Numbered from the stretch's first letter, positions 10,279-25,200 are shown. The stretch is DNA of 64,000 nucleotides from Eledone cirrhosa (GCA_964016885.1 OZ024745.1:25172001-25236000); one strand, 5' to 3'. The notes: generated by a model from the sequence alone, not told the origin. Numbers and translations: made by a program.

Positions 10279-12429
10279 TATGTAGTTTAACACACCAATG
10301 TAATGTGTAAGTTAAAGGTGTGTAGTTTAACACACCAATGTAATGTGTAAGTTAAAGGTGTGTAGTTTAACACACCAATGTAATGTGTGAGTTGAAGGTA
10401 TGAAATTTAACACATAAATTTAATGTGCATAATTTCACATGCAAGTGCTATGTGAGTTAAAGGTATGTAGTTTAACACATCAATGTAATGTGTAAATTAA
10501 AGGTATGTAGTTTAACACACCAATATAATGTGTAAATTAAAGGTATGTAGTTTAACACATCAATGTAATGTGTAAGTTGAAGGTATGTAGTTTAACACAT
10601 CAATGTAATGTGTAAGTTGAAGGTATGTAGTTTAACACATCAATGTAATGTGTAAGTTGAAGGTATGTAGTTTAACACATCAATGTAATGTGTAAGTTAA
10701 AGGTATGTAATTTAACACATCAATGTAATGTGTAAGTTGAAGGTATGTAGTTTAACACATCAATGTAATGTGTAAGTTGAAGGTATGTAGTTTAACACAT
10801 CAATGTAATGTGTAAGTTGAAGGTATGTAGTTTAACACATCAATGTAATGTGTAAGTTAAAGGTATGTAATTTAACACACCAATATAATGTGTAAATTAA
10901 AGGTATGTAGTTTAACACATCAATGTAATGTGTAAGTTGAAGGTATGTAGTTTAACACATCAATGTAATGTGTAAGTTGAAGGTATGTAGTTTAACACAC
11001 CAATATAATGTGTAAATTAAAGGTATGTAGTTTAACACATCAATGTAATGTGTAAGTTGAAGGTATGTAGTTTAACACATCAATGTAATGTGTAAGTTAA
11101 AGGTATGTAATTTAATACACCAATATAATGTGTAAATTAAAGGTATGTAGTTTAACACATCAATGTAATGTGTAAGTTGAAGGTATGTAGTTTAACACAC
11201 TAATGTAATGTTTAAGTTGAAGGTATGTAGTTTAACACATCAATGTAATGTGTAAGTTGAAGGTATGTAGTTTAACACACCAATGTAATGTGTGAGTTAA
11301 AGGTATGTAATTTAACACACCAATGTAATGTGTAAGTTAAAGGTATGTAATTTAACACACCAATGTAATGTGTGAGTTAAAGGTATGTAATATAACACAC
11401 CAATGTAATGTGTAAGTTAAAGGTATGTAATATAACACCAATGTAATGTGTAAGTTAAAGGTATGTAATATAACGCACCAATGTAATGTGTGAGTTGAAG
11501 GTATGTAGTTTAACACACCAATGTAATGTGTAAGTTGAAGGTATGTAGTTTAACACATCAATGTAATGTGTAAATTGAAGGTATGTAGTTTAACACACCA
11601 ATGTAATGTGTGAGTTAAAGGTATGTAATATAACACACCAATGTAATGTGTAAGTTAAAGGTATGTAATTTAACACACCAATGTAATGTGTGAGTTAAAG
11701 GATGTAATTTAACACACCAATGTAATGTGTAAGTTAAAGGTATGTAATTTAACACACCAATGTAATGTGTGAGTTAAAGGTATGTAATATAACACACCAA
11801 TGTAATGTGTAAGTTAAAGGTATGTAATATAACACAGCAATGTAATGTGTAAGTTAAAGGTATGTAATATAACACACCAATGTAATGTGTAAGGTTAAAG
11901 GTATGTAATATAACACACCAATGTAATGTGTAAGTTAAAGGTATGTAATTTAACACACCAATGTAATGTGTGAGTTAAAGGGATGTAATTTAACACACCA
12001 ATGTAATGTGTGAGTTAAAAGTATGTAATATAACACACCAATGTAATGTGTGAGTTAAAAGTATGTAATATAACACACCAATGTAATGTGTGAGTTAAAG
12101 GTATGTAATGTGTAAGTTAAAGGTATGTAATATAACACACCAATGTAATGTGTGAGTTAAAGGTATGTAATTTAACACACCAATGTAATGTGTGAGTTAA
12201 AGGTATGTAATTTAACACACCAATGTAATGTGTGAGTTAAAGGTATGTAATTTAACACACCAATGTAATGTGTGAGTTAAAGGTATGTAATTTAACACAC
12301 CAATGTAATGTGTGAGTTAAAGGTATGTAATTTAACACACCAATGTAATGTGTGAGTTAAAGGTATGTAATTTAACACACCAATGTAATGTGTGAGTTAA
12401 AGGTATGTAATTTAACACACCAATGTAAT
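10279..12429. repeat. 40-bp minisatellite, ~54 copies
   Basis: Unit tatgta(g/a)tttaacaca(c/t)caatgtaatgtgt(a/g)agtt(a/g)aagg. Tandem with no spacers. Confidence 0.97.
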
Positions 12430-12501
12430 ACCTGTCTTAAATGATAAAGTATGTTGTTATTTCCATTTTACTCAGGCTGGATATCTTTTATATAATATAA
12501 T

Positions 12502-12677
12502 TGTTTCTACTTTTGGCACAAGGCCAGCAATTACCCAGTGTATTACTGGTACTTTATTTTATCGACCCCATAAGGATGAAAGGCAAAGTTAACCTCAGCG
12601 GGATTTGAACTCAGAATGGCAAGGGCCGTAACTCTATGCGTCAAAGCATGGCGTCCGACCCTCTACCGATACTGCCA
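12502..12677 (-). mobile_element. Young Meta-like SINE with ~21-bp TSD
   Basis: atatcttttatataatataat at 12481-12501 and 12678-12698 flanks the element. Confidence 0.92.
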
Positions 12678-12787
12678 ATATCTTTTATATAATATAATGA
12701 AAATTATTGTGTACAGTGCTCTCTTTCTGTCTCTCTTCCTCTCTCCATCTCAACCACCTTTCATTTTCTTTTCTCTCTCCCCTCTCT

Positions 12788-12936
<149 letters not shown>

Positions 12937-13466
12937 CTCCTTGCTCTTTCTTCTTTCCCCTCTGATCTCCCCCCCCCCCCATTTTATTCCACACTCAAAA
13001 TATGTCAGAGCTTAAGTATTTTTCTCAAGCATACTTACATATATGGTTTTAAAAGAAAAAAAAGACAAATAACAAATTTATATACTCTCTGTATGTGTGT
13101 ATGTCTGTATGTATGGATGGATGGATGGATGTGTGTATGGACGTGTACGTGTGTATGTGTATATGTATATATGTATACGTGTTTGTGTGTGTGTGTATAA
13201 GAATGTGTATATTTGTGTGTGTTTACTTGTGTATTAGGTATGCAGCCACATGACTTCTGCCGAATACAATCTAATATGTGTGACTTAACACGTGTGTTTA
13301 CTGACATACTTCACTGTTTGAATATATGTGTGTGTGTGTGTGAGTCTGTGTGTGTACCCGTGTGTGTGAGTGTGTTTGAGTTTGAGTTTGTGTCTGTTTG
13401 AAAAGAAATATGTTCTTAGAGATGTATCTTCAAAAGCTTGTTACACACATAAAAAAAAGATATATG

Positions 13467-13521
<55 letters not shown>

Positions 13522-16500
13522 CATATATATTATACATATTTATAATTATATGTATACATTGTGTGGGTATATGTGTGTATAATATTTGTGGAATTTCAGT
13601 GAAGAACTATGTTAGTCAGTAAATGTGTGTGTGTGTGTGTCTGTAAACAGTATGTGAAATTATTTCTTGGGTGCCATATTTTGATAAGAGGCTATGTAGA
13701 AAATCTAGAAATATTGACTTTTGCCTCACAGATATATTAGGTGCTACTGTTTTCTCTCCTATAATAAAGGAATTGTATTTCTTTTACTTTTTTTTATCCA
13801 TAATGGAAATAACAATTTCATTTCTTTTCTCCTGTTTACTGTTTAATCAGAGGAGGAAGGGCAGTGTCCATAAAATCCTTTTTTGGGCCTCTAAGGCTGG
13901 TGATAGGGAAGGAGTGAGGGAAGAGGAAGGTATCTTCTAACCAGAGATAGGGAGATAGGGAGCAAAGGCTTGCCAGAGAGTGGACTCTATCAAAAACACC
14001 CAAGGACCAGATGTTGGTGTTAATTTGGGTGATGGATTTGGTCTGTCATTCTAGTAGACCACAGTGAGATTTGAACTTAGAATGCCAAGAGTTAGAACAA
14101 ATACCATAAGGCTCAATATATCATAAGACTCACTGCTTTAACAATTCTGCTAATCCACTACCCTGGTCTGGTACTTCAGAGAACCAGAACAAATACTGTC
14201 AGGTATTTTATTCTATACTTTAATGATTCTGATAATTTATCATCTTGGTACAAAGCCATAGATTCATAGGGATGGTTAAATCGTGTTTACATTAGCTCCC
14301 AGCCCATAACAAATGTATATATTCCTTCACGGGTTTCCTGGTAGCTTTGAGTGCCTCTTATGACTGATATGTTTGTGTGTGTGTGTGTGTCAGCATTATT
14401 AACCTCCTTCATCTGAAGACTGCCACCCTACTCCTACTCAAATATGTTGTCCTCCTTGTGGTCTCAGCCAACAGGATGGAGAAGACATTGCCCTGGAACA
14501 GCCACTCCACCTTGCGGGGCTCACATCTGTGCTCTAATACTTGTTTCGTTTCTCAACCTACTCATGCTTATGGAAGTAAATCTAATCCACATACCATCAC
14601 TATAAATGAAGATATTGCTCCGGGGTATGGGGAGGGAGACACACTGGAACAGTCACTTCCGCTTGTGGGGCTCGCACGTGTGGGCAGCCAACTCTGCTCT
14701 GCTAACAGTGAGCAGGGATGTGGTCCAGGGGCCAAGAACACTGGAATTCTTCACTGCTACAGGCTCAACCATAAACCTATCAGAGAAATCAACTCTGTAA
14801 GAAGGAAAGGCAAAATCAAAGCCAGCAGAATTTAAACTCAGAATATGGAAGACCAGTACTAAGTACAGAAAATAATTCATTCCACAGCTCTGACTTTTTC
14901 CTGGTACTTTACCACCTTTATCTATCAGGAAAACAATTTTAACTACAATTTCTTAATTTTTTACTTATAGAAGGAAGACAGAAAATTATAACACTGTTAG
15001 GTTTTTTTCTAAATACACTGGTGACAAAAGTGAAGTGGGTCAACTTAGATATTGAAACCAGATCTCATTTAGTTCACTGAGAGCATACTTCTACACTATG
15101 CTGTCTACGGTGTGTGTGTGTGTGGGGGGGGGGGTAAAGTAAATGTTGAGGGTTATGATGAATAATTTTAAAATTTTAGAAAGATATCAAATATACTACA
15201 TATAATAAGCTGGATAGAAGTTGGTGTGAGTGTATATCAGGACATGGAAGCGGAGCTGGAATTAATGGAGATGGGCGGGGGGGGGGGGGGATTTGCAAAG
15301 GGGGACAACTTACAAGAAAGTTCTTTACTAAGATCAAACAACCAAACAACTCTTTTTTGATTGTGTATCTCTATACTGTCACTCATTAGAACTCTTGAGA
15401 ATATATAGTTTTCTCTAAAGTATACATTGACTGATTAGCCTAATTTGCATACCTAGCGATTTTATGACTGGCTTTGCTGAAAATTTAATTTCTTTTTTTG
15501 GTTTTCTTTTTAGTATTTTTATTTTCTATGGTTTTGTAAGTGTGAGAGGGCAGCATTTTTTTATCTTTCTGGTTCAAATGCTTTCCAAAGCCATCGAAGA
15601 GTCAAGCAGTAGTGTTCAATCAGATGATGAATTAAGTCAGCCACCCAAGAACAGTTACAATCTGTTTAAAAGTCTTCACTAGTTTCTGTCTACCCAGTTT
15701 TACTCACAAGGGATTTGACTATGAGAGAAGATACTTACTCTAAGCTCTTTGCATTTTGAGTTCAAATCTGACTGTTGTCTACTTCAGTGGTTGACTTAAT
15801 TCATCACAAAGTTTAACCTTGACGCCTACCCCTTGGGTGCCTTTAGCAGAGTTAGAGTCTACTTTGTTGCAAGCATTTGGATTGGGTTTTGGGTTTGATG
15901 ATACCTTTATCCCTCGCCCCCACCTGTCTCACAGACCCTGGAAAGTATCAAGGGTGCTGCTCTTCCGTCCCTAACTGCAAGAGTAAAACAAACTAAGATT
16001 CAGGGAATCTACAGCAATCAGTTGAGTGTGATCAGCTGTGGGGAAATGCGTTGAAGGTAACTTGCCCTCAGTCATATTCACTGATGTATACAGTAAATAT
16101 AGATCAAAGAAAACTTGGGAGAAACTATTCAAATTAGATTTTAAAAGATCAGATAAGACCACTGTTCCATCTAATTTGTGCATCCTGCGTGCAAAGGAAA
16201 TCAATATGAGCATAGAAAAATTTGAATACATTTGTTCAGGTTATGTGCATGCTATGGTCCTTAGCTTTATGACAATAAATAGCATAAACTCAGTAGTATA
16301 TTAACTTCTTCATTCATTCACTTGTTCATTCATTCTATCAAATGGGCTTGTTAATCACAAATAACAAGCAAAATTATAACCCTGAACATCTTTATGATAG
16401 AGAAAGTAGTATGCTGGATTAAATACATTCTTACAGTATTGAGTTCTCTCCTTTTATGTTCTGAGTTCAAAACCAAGCCAGGGATAATTTAACCTCTCAT

Positions 16501-17084
16501 CCTTTCAGGTAGAATAAGTGTATGTTATTGTTTAGCTTCAGAGCAGCTCTGACTGGGAAGACTTATATAATAACCAGAGACATTCCAGCTGTGACAATCT
16601 ATAATTTTGTTTTAGATATAGTGTGTCTAGGACAATATTGTCAAATGAAGCCTTTTCTTAGGGGAAGATTTGGCTGCTATTTCTAGGAGATGTAGACAGC
16701 CATATAAAGGTTCCTCCATGGCTCTCTAATCTACAGAGGTTGATTGTAATGACTGGAGTATATAAGAAACATTTATAACAATACTTTTCTGTAGATTTGT
16801 ATGAATATTGTCTCATTAAAAGAACCCAGTAAATAGAGTTATTTGGCTGTTTTTCTTCCTAGCAATATCTTTATCATGACCACCCTCATGTATCATCAGT
16901 GTAATGTGTGGAGGTGGAAGTGGCAATAATTATGATTTCAATTATGGTTTTGCAATAGTTGGCATCTACCATCTAAATATAATATATTCATATCTCAAGT
17001 ATTTTATGCATCTTTGTTGGTATTTAAATCACATCTCTCTCTCCCTCTATATATATATCTATATTTTTGTGTTAATTACCTTCA

Positions 17085-18280
17085 CTAGCTGACGTACCCA
17101 GCTTTGCCCGGGTAAACAGATGATAAGAGAAGACAGGTAAAAGAGAAAATGACTGTATTGGATGTTTGTCTGGTTACAGTATGAGGCGAGTCCGCGGTAT
17201 CTGTGTGATACAAAAAACAGTAAAAACAATCTTCCAGATATACCAGATTCTTCGTTGTACTGTTTGTGCATAGTATATGAACAATTCTAGGTGCTCCCAC
17301 CTAGAATAGTGACCTCTAGGAGATGGTTCATCTTCTGTCTGACTGTAAAATGTGTATCATTGCATAGATGTGGTTGTTCCATGTTTCTCAAAAGGATGAT
17401 GGAAGTTCCAATCTTTTATATTATATGTAGATATAGATATAGATAATTAATATAAAAGATGATGCTCAGCCAGTTCGTCTTCAACCATCGCAGCACGCCG
17501 TCGCTGCTTGGCTCCTCTTCATTCATGCAGCTCCTCTTCATTCATGGCGGCACGTCTTCGCCTCTGAAGTTCTGCATTCCAATGGCGCTGTTTGGCCTGT
17601 TTTTCTTCATTCCTGGCTGCATGCCGTCGCCGCTGTAATTCACTGTTTGATAAACTCGAATTGCTTTTACGTTCTGTGGAACGCTGCACACACGCACACA
17701 CACATAAACATACGTGCACGTACATACACATGCACACATGGTAATAGTTACAGTGTTCACTTTGCCTCTCTGTTTCTTACTCTCCCCTCTCACTCCCTCA
17801 TTGGCATTCATCATCATCATCATCATTTCATTTTACGTCCGCTTTTTCCCTGCTTGCAAGGGTGAGACGGGAACTGATTCTGGCTTGATTTCTACAGCTG
17901 GATGCCCTTCCTAACACCAACCTCATTTACAGTGAGTGCTGGGTGCTTTTTTTGCCGTGGCACCTCCACAACCACTTTGCAGTGGAATGATATGGACCCC
18001 AGTCCCTATCATCTCATTTCTACAGCTGAGTAAACTGGAGCAATGTGAAATAAAGTGTCTTGCTCAAGGAAACAACACATCACCCGGTCTGAGAATTGAA
18101 CTCACAACCTTTCGATTGCAAGGCCAATGCTTTAACCACTAAGCCATGTGCCTCCCATTATGCATATTAATTTAAGTTTGGCATCGTTGAGGTGGGCGGA
18201 GTCGTTTGAAACCTATGAACCAATGATAATCGAGAATTATGACACACGGAATAATGACATTGTTGAAATTAATATATAGA
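17085..18280 (-). mobile_element. Non-autonomous Helitron with RepHel remnants and nested SINEs (~17810-18160)
   Basis: Minus strand 5' A|TCTATATATTAA at 18280. 3' hairpin TACCCGGGC-AAA-GCTGGGTA then CTAG|T at 17085. GAPRIVHIL..TTKNLVYLE resembles the helicase C-terminus (TxNIVYxE). An R/E-rich segment resembles the RepHel N-terminus. Confidence 0.85.
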
Positions 18281-18317
18281 TGTGCTCAACATCTATCAAT
18301 GTACATGGTATGGACCC

Positions 18318-18650
18318 ATAACTCCTGAGGGAGTCGTAGGGGCACCATGTTGACATACAGTGTTTCTAGGGCATTTTTAAAAAACCTGGTGTGGCCCATC
18401 TCCTCTCCAGGTCTGAATACAATAGATTTCTTCCAGAGAAGGATAGAGAGAGTGAGAAAATGGAAGTGGGAAAGAGATATAGAGGAAGAATTGACCCCAG
18501 CACTAGATTGGTATCTTTTTTATCGACCTCAAAAGGATGAAAGGTAAATTTGACTTCGACAGGATTTGAACTCAGAGAGCAGTGAATCGGAACAAATACC
18601 ACAAAGTACTCCATCGAATGTTCTAATGACTCTGCCAATTAGCTGCTTAA
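18318..18650 (-). mobile_element. Meta-like SINE subfamily with an alternative 3' tail (copies 20700-21000 + and 27025-27335 +)
   Basis: The family core is followed by CTATCCTTCTCTGGAAGAAAT...TTCAGACCTG...CGACTCC..CAGGAGTTA in three copies. Confidence 0.7.
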
Positions 18651-19216
18651 TCAGTATATAAGACTGAACTAAAAAGATTTTGTGATTCAAATTAGTTATT
18701 GTTGCTGTTGTTGAATCACTGTTGGTTTGGTCAATGAGTGTTATTGTTGTTTAATCAATAGAACCGCCATATAAGTGGCGGAACACTCCACAGACATGGG
18801 TTTTTCTTAACATAATTCTCAGTGAGATTCAGCATGACATGATGTGTAATAAGGGTATCCCTTCGAATTACAGGTACACAGCACTTTTTGCAGCTGAGTG
18901 GTCTGGAGTGACATGAAATAAAGTGTCTTGCTCAAGGACACAATGTACCATTAGAAGTTGAACTCACAACCTTACAATCATGAGCTAAACAACCTAACCA
19001 CCACCTATACCATACACCTTCACAATTCAACCTAGTTAGCTGGTTTGAAATATATCATTAAAATATTGCATTTATTACTATAATTTATGGCTAAACTGCA
19101 GTTGCATAGTTACAGTTCTTCTGATATATTTTTATTTCATTTTTACATCATTGCAGCAATATATATTTTAAAACTAAAATTGTTGTGAGAACAAAAACAG
19201 TGATCCTACCACTTAA

Positions 19217-19436
19217 CCCTTTAGCAGTTACATTACTCTATATATACTTTTGGATTTTTGTTGTAAAGGCTTTATCTCACATAATTATCTCACATAATAT
19301 AAAATTTATGAAATTTTGATATTATTTATTTTGAGAACTATATCTTCACATAAGTATGAATGGCCAGTTACAGCTGGTTTGAACAGAAGAGGTGAGAGAA
19401 TTCTGGCTGGTTACAGCTGGTTTAAATGCTAAAGGG
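19217..19436. mobile_element. piggyBac-type MITE (copies 19603-20122, ~23686-23893, 60766-60986)
   Basis: TTAA TSDs with TIR CCCTTTAGCA / TGCTAAAGGG. Internal sequence is shared among copies. Confidence 0.88.
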
Positions 19437-19628
19437 TTAAGTCTTTAATGGCAGTAAGCTTTATTAAACTGAATTGTTCCATAGAATGGTGATCATTTAG
19501 GAAGTTAAACCAGAGTACAAACAGCAAGCTGATAGAAATAATGTGATTTATACATTTGAGAATGTCAGCATGTTTAACTCCCATACCATTTATATCCTTT
19601 AACCCTTTAGCATTTATATTTACTACTC

Positions 19629-19926
19629 TTTCGGAAACATTTTTTCACGCTCAGAGATGCTGAAGCATGGAACAAACTACCTGCATCAGTTGTTAGCTGT
19701 CGAGACACTGCATCCTTTAAAACCTCCATGCTTCCTGAGATTCGCTAACACTGCACCTGATGCCCCCCCCCCCCCTCCCCCCTCTATACACATACACACA
19801 AGTATTTCATGACTCATACACTGTTCATTTTCCTGACATTTGAACATTATTCTATGTACTATACATGCACTTTTGATGAGTTGTAGTGCACCTGAACACT
19901 GTACACAATAATTTCATTATTATTAT
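19629..19926 (+). mobile_element. CR1-type LINE 3' end nested in the piggyBac MITE at 19603-20122
   Basis: FRKHFFTLRDAEAWNKLPASVVSCRDTASFK matches the FFxxRVxxxWNxLP..FK motif. (ATT)n tail. It interrupts the MITE. Confidence 0.85.
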
Positions 19927-21249
19927 ATATACTATTATATTTTCATGGTAAAGGTTTTACCTCACATAATCATCTCACATAATACCAAATCTATGAGATT
20001 TTGATATTTCTTATTTTGAGAACAATACTTTAACATCAGTATGAGTTGCCAGTTACAGGCAGTTTGAACAGAAAGAGATGAGACAATTCTGACTGGATAT
20101 GGCAGGTTTAAATATTAAAGCGTTAAGCCGATAATTTACTAGAAATATCCATTCTTAGCTTTAACTTTCAATATCTTGTAATGATTTAGTTGAAAATATA
20201 TAAAAATGAGTTTGTTAATTCAAATGTTTATAGTATCTTTGTAAATGGATAGATTGTTGTGAAAAATTGCAGTATTAGGGTAAAGACTTTAATGTCGTAA
20301 TATTAGTTTGTATTTTTCAAGAATGTTTTGCTAATGTGGTTTCATATGGTACAGGATATCAGGATGTTAAGAGTTAAATAAATAAGTATAAGAAATCTAT
20401 AAGTACAGGAAATCTCTATTAGAGATGATCGACAAGATCCCAGACCACATTTGCTTACTGAGTGGGATGTAACTTGTCAAATCGGATTAAGGAAACAATG
20501 TTTGCTCTGGTCTTTCCATTGCTGATACTATCTATCGGTCGTAACTCCTGGTAGAAGGAGCAACATGAAACAAAGGGTTTTACTCAAGGACACAACACAT
20601 TGCCCAGACCAGGAATCGAACTTGCAACCTCATGATTGCGAATCCAATTCTCTAATAACTAAGCCAACTGCCTTCACAATTAGATCCAGCTATGATCTTA
20701 AGAGGTGGTGAATTGGGAGAATCACTAGAACACTTTGTGGTATTTGGTCTGGCTTGCTGCACTCTGAGTTCAAATCCCATTGAGCTCAACTTTCATCCTT
20801 TTAAGGCCAATAAAAAAGTACCAGTCTAGTACTGGCGTTGATTATTCCTCACCTCCCCTCTCTTACTTTCTATCCTTCTCTGGAAGAAATCTACTGTACT
20901 CAGGCCTGGACAGGGTTGGGCTCTGCCAGGCTTAAAATGTCCAAGAAATGCTGTATGCCAATACAGTTTCTCTACAACTCCAACAGGAGTTATCAGACCA
21001 TACCATGATCTAAAGAAAAACAATTCTATTTGTTTATTATTTTACATTCACTTTTCTATGCTAGTGTGTGAGATGTCTTTTGGAGATTTAGATGATATTT
21101 GCATATTGTTTAAACAGGTATATTTTCTTGTAATATTAGTCATTTCATGTGTGAAATATGAGAGAAAGGCTAAACCAAAGAATAATGTCAGGTGGTCTAG
21201 TTATGATTGTGTGGGGACTTACAGTTCTAGTTATTTTTATCTGTTACTT

Positions 21250-21790
21250 GTATGTACATCATATACACCACATTTACATATATATTTACTCATATATATG
21301 AACATCATATACACCACATTTACATATATATACTCATATATATGTACATCATATACACCACATTTACATATATATACTCATATATATGTACATAATATAA
21401 CCACATATACATATATATATATACTCATATATATGTACATAATATAACCACATTTACATATATATATATATACTCATATATATGTACATCATATACACCA
21501 CATTTACATATATATATACTCATATATATGTACATAATATAACCACATTTACATATATATATATATACTCATATATATGTACATCATATACATCACATTT
21601 ACATATATATACTCATATATATGTACATCATATACACCACATTTACATATATATATACTCATATATATGTACATAATATAACCACATTTACATATATATA
21701 TATATATACTCATATATATGTACATCATATACATCACATTTACATATATATACTCATATATATGTACATCATATACACCACATTTACAAA
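21250..21790. repeat. ~42-46-bp AT-rich minisatellite
   Basis: Unit tatgtacatcatatacaccacatttacata(ta)nctcatata. Confidence 0.92.
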
Positions 21791-24700
21791 CATACATATA
21801 TATATACTCATAACCCATACATAAATCATATGTATTTTATCACTGATTACTGAAATACTTAATGAGTATAAAGGATGATGTGTTTAAGCAATGAATGGAG
21901 TTGACCATGACTGAAGTAAAACCATGCTGTAGGTTCAGCTTAGAAATGATTGCTTTTAGAAAACAGGCAATGAGATGTGAACTGTGTAATGTAATAACTG
22001 ATAGACAAGGAGAGATCAACATTGAATACACACTATGATACACAACCAAGGAGGGGATGCGACTAAGAGGATTCATTATTTCATATTATAGTAGCTGTCA
22101 CAAACATATTATGGCTATAGCTATATAGAAAATATTGAATAAAAACATGAATAGTTAAGCCCTCGCTTGTTTTTTTTTATTTTTATACTCTGCTCTTCAT
22201 CAATATTATTTTCAAAGGTAAGCATGAATTTTATAGTTCTACAAATTCTGATACTGAAGGCCCTTTCTAAGAAGTGCATTCAGCCATGAAGTTGTAGGAG
22301 TAATGTCTTTTTATAGTCATGCTGTCTGAATATGTAACAAAATCACAACACTTAAAAATAAGAAATCAAAAGGGAGGGCTTCCTGTCTATATGACCTACC
22401 ACATAAACAAGGATGCTTTAGAGACGACAACAATGTATGCATCACCAGGGAGGTGTCTCCATTGATCAATTGCTAAGTTGTAATAAAAGGATCTTGGCTA
22501 AAAGAAATTTGTCACCCATAATAATTCATTGCTGCTAATGGGCCAAGTGAAAATGTCTAAGTGTATTGTTATGTAAATCAGGACTCCTGTAAGTGTGGTT
22601 ATGTAAAACATACTATATAAACATGTAAATGATGTCTCTTACAATATTATCACCTTGCCTCTTATTAGTAGCATTTTTATCTCTTATTTTCTTTTCTAAA
22701 ATATTTTTTTCAATGGTATCTATATATATTCATTACATTAGTGCAGCTCATCTCTATGTGTTTTTGGTGTATATTTCTATTTGTTTATGTACTGCATGAG
22801 TGTGTTTATGTGTAGTAAAAAGAAAAATCATGTTATTTTCCCACAAACCACAGAAACTCAAAAGTCAGTTCTTATATCCAAACATTGTAGAATTAATTGA
22901 ATGAGAGAAATATACTTCTTCAGGTGTTGGTCATGTTGTTGTTATTTTTCAACTCCAATACAGTTCTGATCAGGTAGACGTATAGTTAAAGGCAGTCTAG
23001 CTATGACCATCTCATATGTTTTTAAAGACAGTGTATCTTAGACATGTGGGTCTCATCTTTTTATTTTGCTCATAACCACCCTCTGAATTTAACTTACTTT
23101 TGTGATCCTCTCATAGATGCTATTAGTTGAAAAGGGGGATTTGATGAGGGTCAGCTGAAAAGTTCATAGGCTGACCAAGATACTCATGGAATGACCAAAT
23201 GAGGTTTATTTTTCAACATAGTCCCTGGAAAAAAACAATGTAGTTGCAATTAATGCATGCAAGATTTCATAGCTCTAGCATCACTCCTTCATAGTCAGCC
23301 TACGAACTTTTCAACCCACCTTTGTATTTTGTACAATGTTTATTTGTTGCAGCTGTATATTATAAAACCCAAGTGTGTGTTAGTAGCATGCAAAAACAAC
23401 CATTTCTATGTAGATAAAATTGTGTATTAGCAAATAAAACTTTATAATAGCTTAAATGTGCAGTAAGAACATAAGTTCTGAAGACTGTCAAGCATTAACT
23501 TGAATAATGTCTACTTATTTACAAAACAAAAATCTTAGCAACATGAAATAGATAGTAACAAAAAATGGTTTTATGATTAAGCAATACACATAGTTGAGAG
23601 ATCAGACTTTGAAGCGATGAGAATATAGAATTAATATAAAGGATGGTGTGTCCATGTGCTGAGATGCTATAAGATAAGGTGAAGACTCTTTACCATTTAT
23701 GTTACTCTATATATACTATTGTATTTTCACGGTAAATACTTTAACTCACATAATATCGAATCTATGAGATTTTGATATTATTTATTTTGAGAAAAATACT
23801 TTAATATCAGTATAAGTGGCTAGTTATGGCTGGTTTGAACAGAAAGAGGTGAGAGAATTTTGGCCGGATACAACCAGTTTTAATGCTAAAGGGTTGAAAG
23901 ACGATAGCAACTTCTTTTTTCTGTTTTTAAGGGCCTCCACTCTATTTTATAAGATATTTTATAGCACCTCTGTGCATGAGCATATCTTTTACATTAATTT
24001 TTATGATTGTTACTTTATTCAGTATGGACCTTGTGGCCAATTCAATCTTGAAAGTTTCTGCATATCTGGCTGCAGTGTTGTTTGTAAAGATCATCTCTCC
24101 TTACTATATTGAGGTGGTTAGATGCCTTTCATAATAAGTAAGCTGGTTAAAACTAGAGTCAACAAGAAGTGAGCAATGCATTATCTAACAATCTATTCTG
24201 GTTCTTTATGTTTCAAGTTCAAATCGCACTGTTGTAGTAGACTTAACCTGATATCCAGTTTAATACAACTAGGTGTTTTTACTGGAATCCACATGGTTCC
24301 AAGCATTCAGGTCAAGTTTCTAGTTTGGAGATATTTTTCTCTTTCCCTCGGACTATTCTTGGAAGCTCTGTGAAATCTCATGGCTACTGCTCTTCCCTGA
24401 CTAAACAGTAATTATAAAGTTTAAAAAAGTTTGCTGGAAGGCCCACCCTCATTCAGTTCTATCTGCTGGTTATTTACAAAGATCAAATTACAGTGTTTGC
24501 TGACCTATTGAACCCCCACCCCAAAAAATTATAAAAAAATCTCTCCAGTGTCCAATACATTTGTATCACCGATGGGAGGCCAAACGGAGGGTGAGGACAA
24601 TCATGGTTAAAAAAAAGTTTAGTTTCTATTACTATTAGTATTACTAATACAGTAATACAATACAATTTATATAAGAAAAATGATGTTGAACTTATATAAG

Positions 24701-25200
24701 AGTTTCTGAAGAAAACAATGAAATGATTTTTAATAAATTTATGACAAAAATGTACTAAAATTTTTTTTTCTCAAAATGTCTTTATAAAACCAGGGATCGT
24801 CTTATATGAAGGGGGGTCCAAGAGGCCAGTGAATATGGTAGTTGTTCTTAGCAGCAATCCTGGTTGGTTCCTCGCTTTGTTCCACTGGAGGTCCTGCAAA
24901 GTTTATATGCTCTGATTTTCTTCCTTTGAATAAGCCATAAAAAATAATAAATATTTGATTAGAAAACTGTCAGTTTAGGCCAAGTTGTTTTCATATGTAA
25001 TAAATATTTTCTAAGAATAGTTTTAAAGACAATGTCCTACACATCAGGGTAGTGAGTACTTAGATTTCTAAACAAGTATAGATTATGTTTCATGATATAG
25101 AAATACTATCGTCAACTTCCAAATTAAGTCAACAATTTAAACAAAAATTATTTGTTTGCTTTCAATTGAATTAGTTTCACTCGATGACAGATCTGCACAG

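Noticed and set aside
10279-12429. CRISPR-like regular array (also 57237-57985 and 39938-40713)
   Set aside because: Units are contiguous with no unique spacers, there are no cas genes, and the context is eukaryotic. These are minisatellites.
14377-14835. 152-aa ORF in GC-richer sequence
   Set aside because: It starts in a (GT)n tract, ends in a SINE remnant and has no recognisable motif. Probably decayed repeat.
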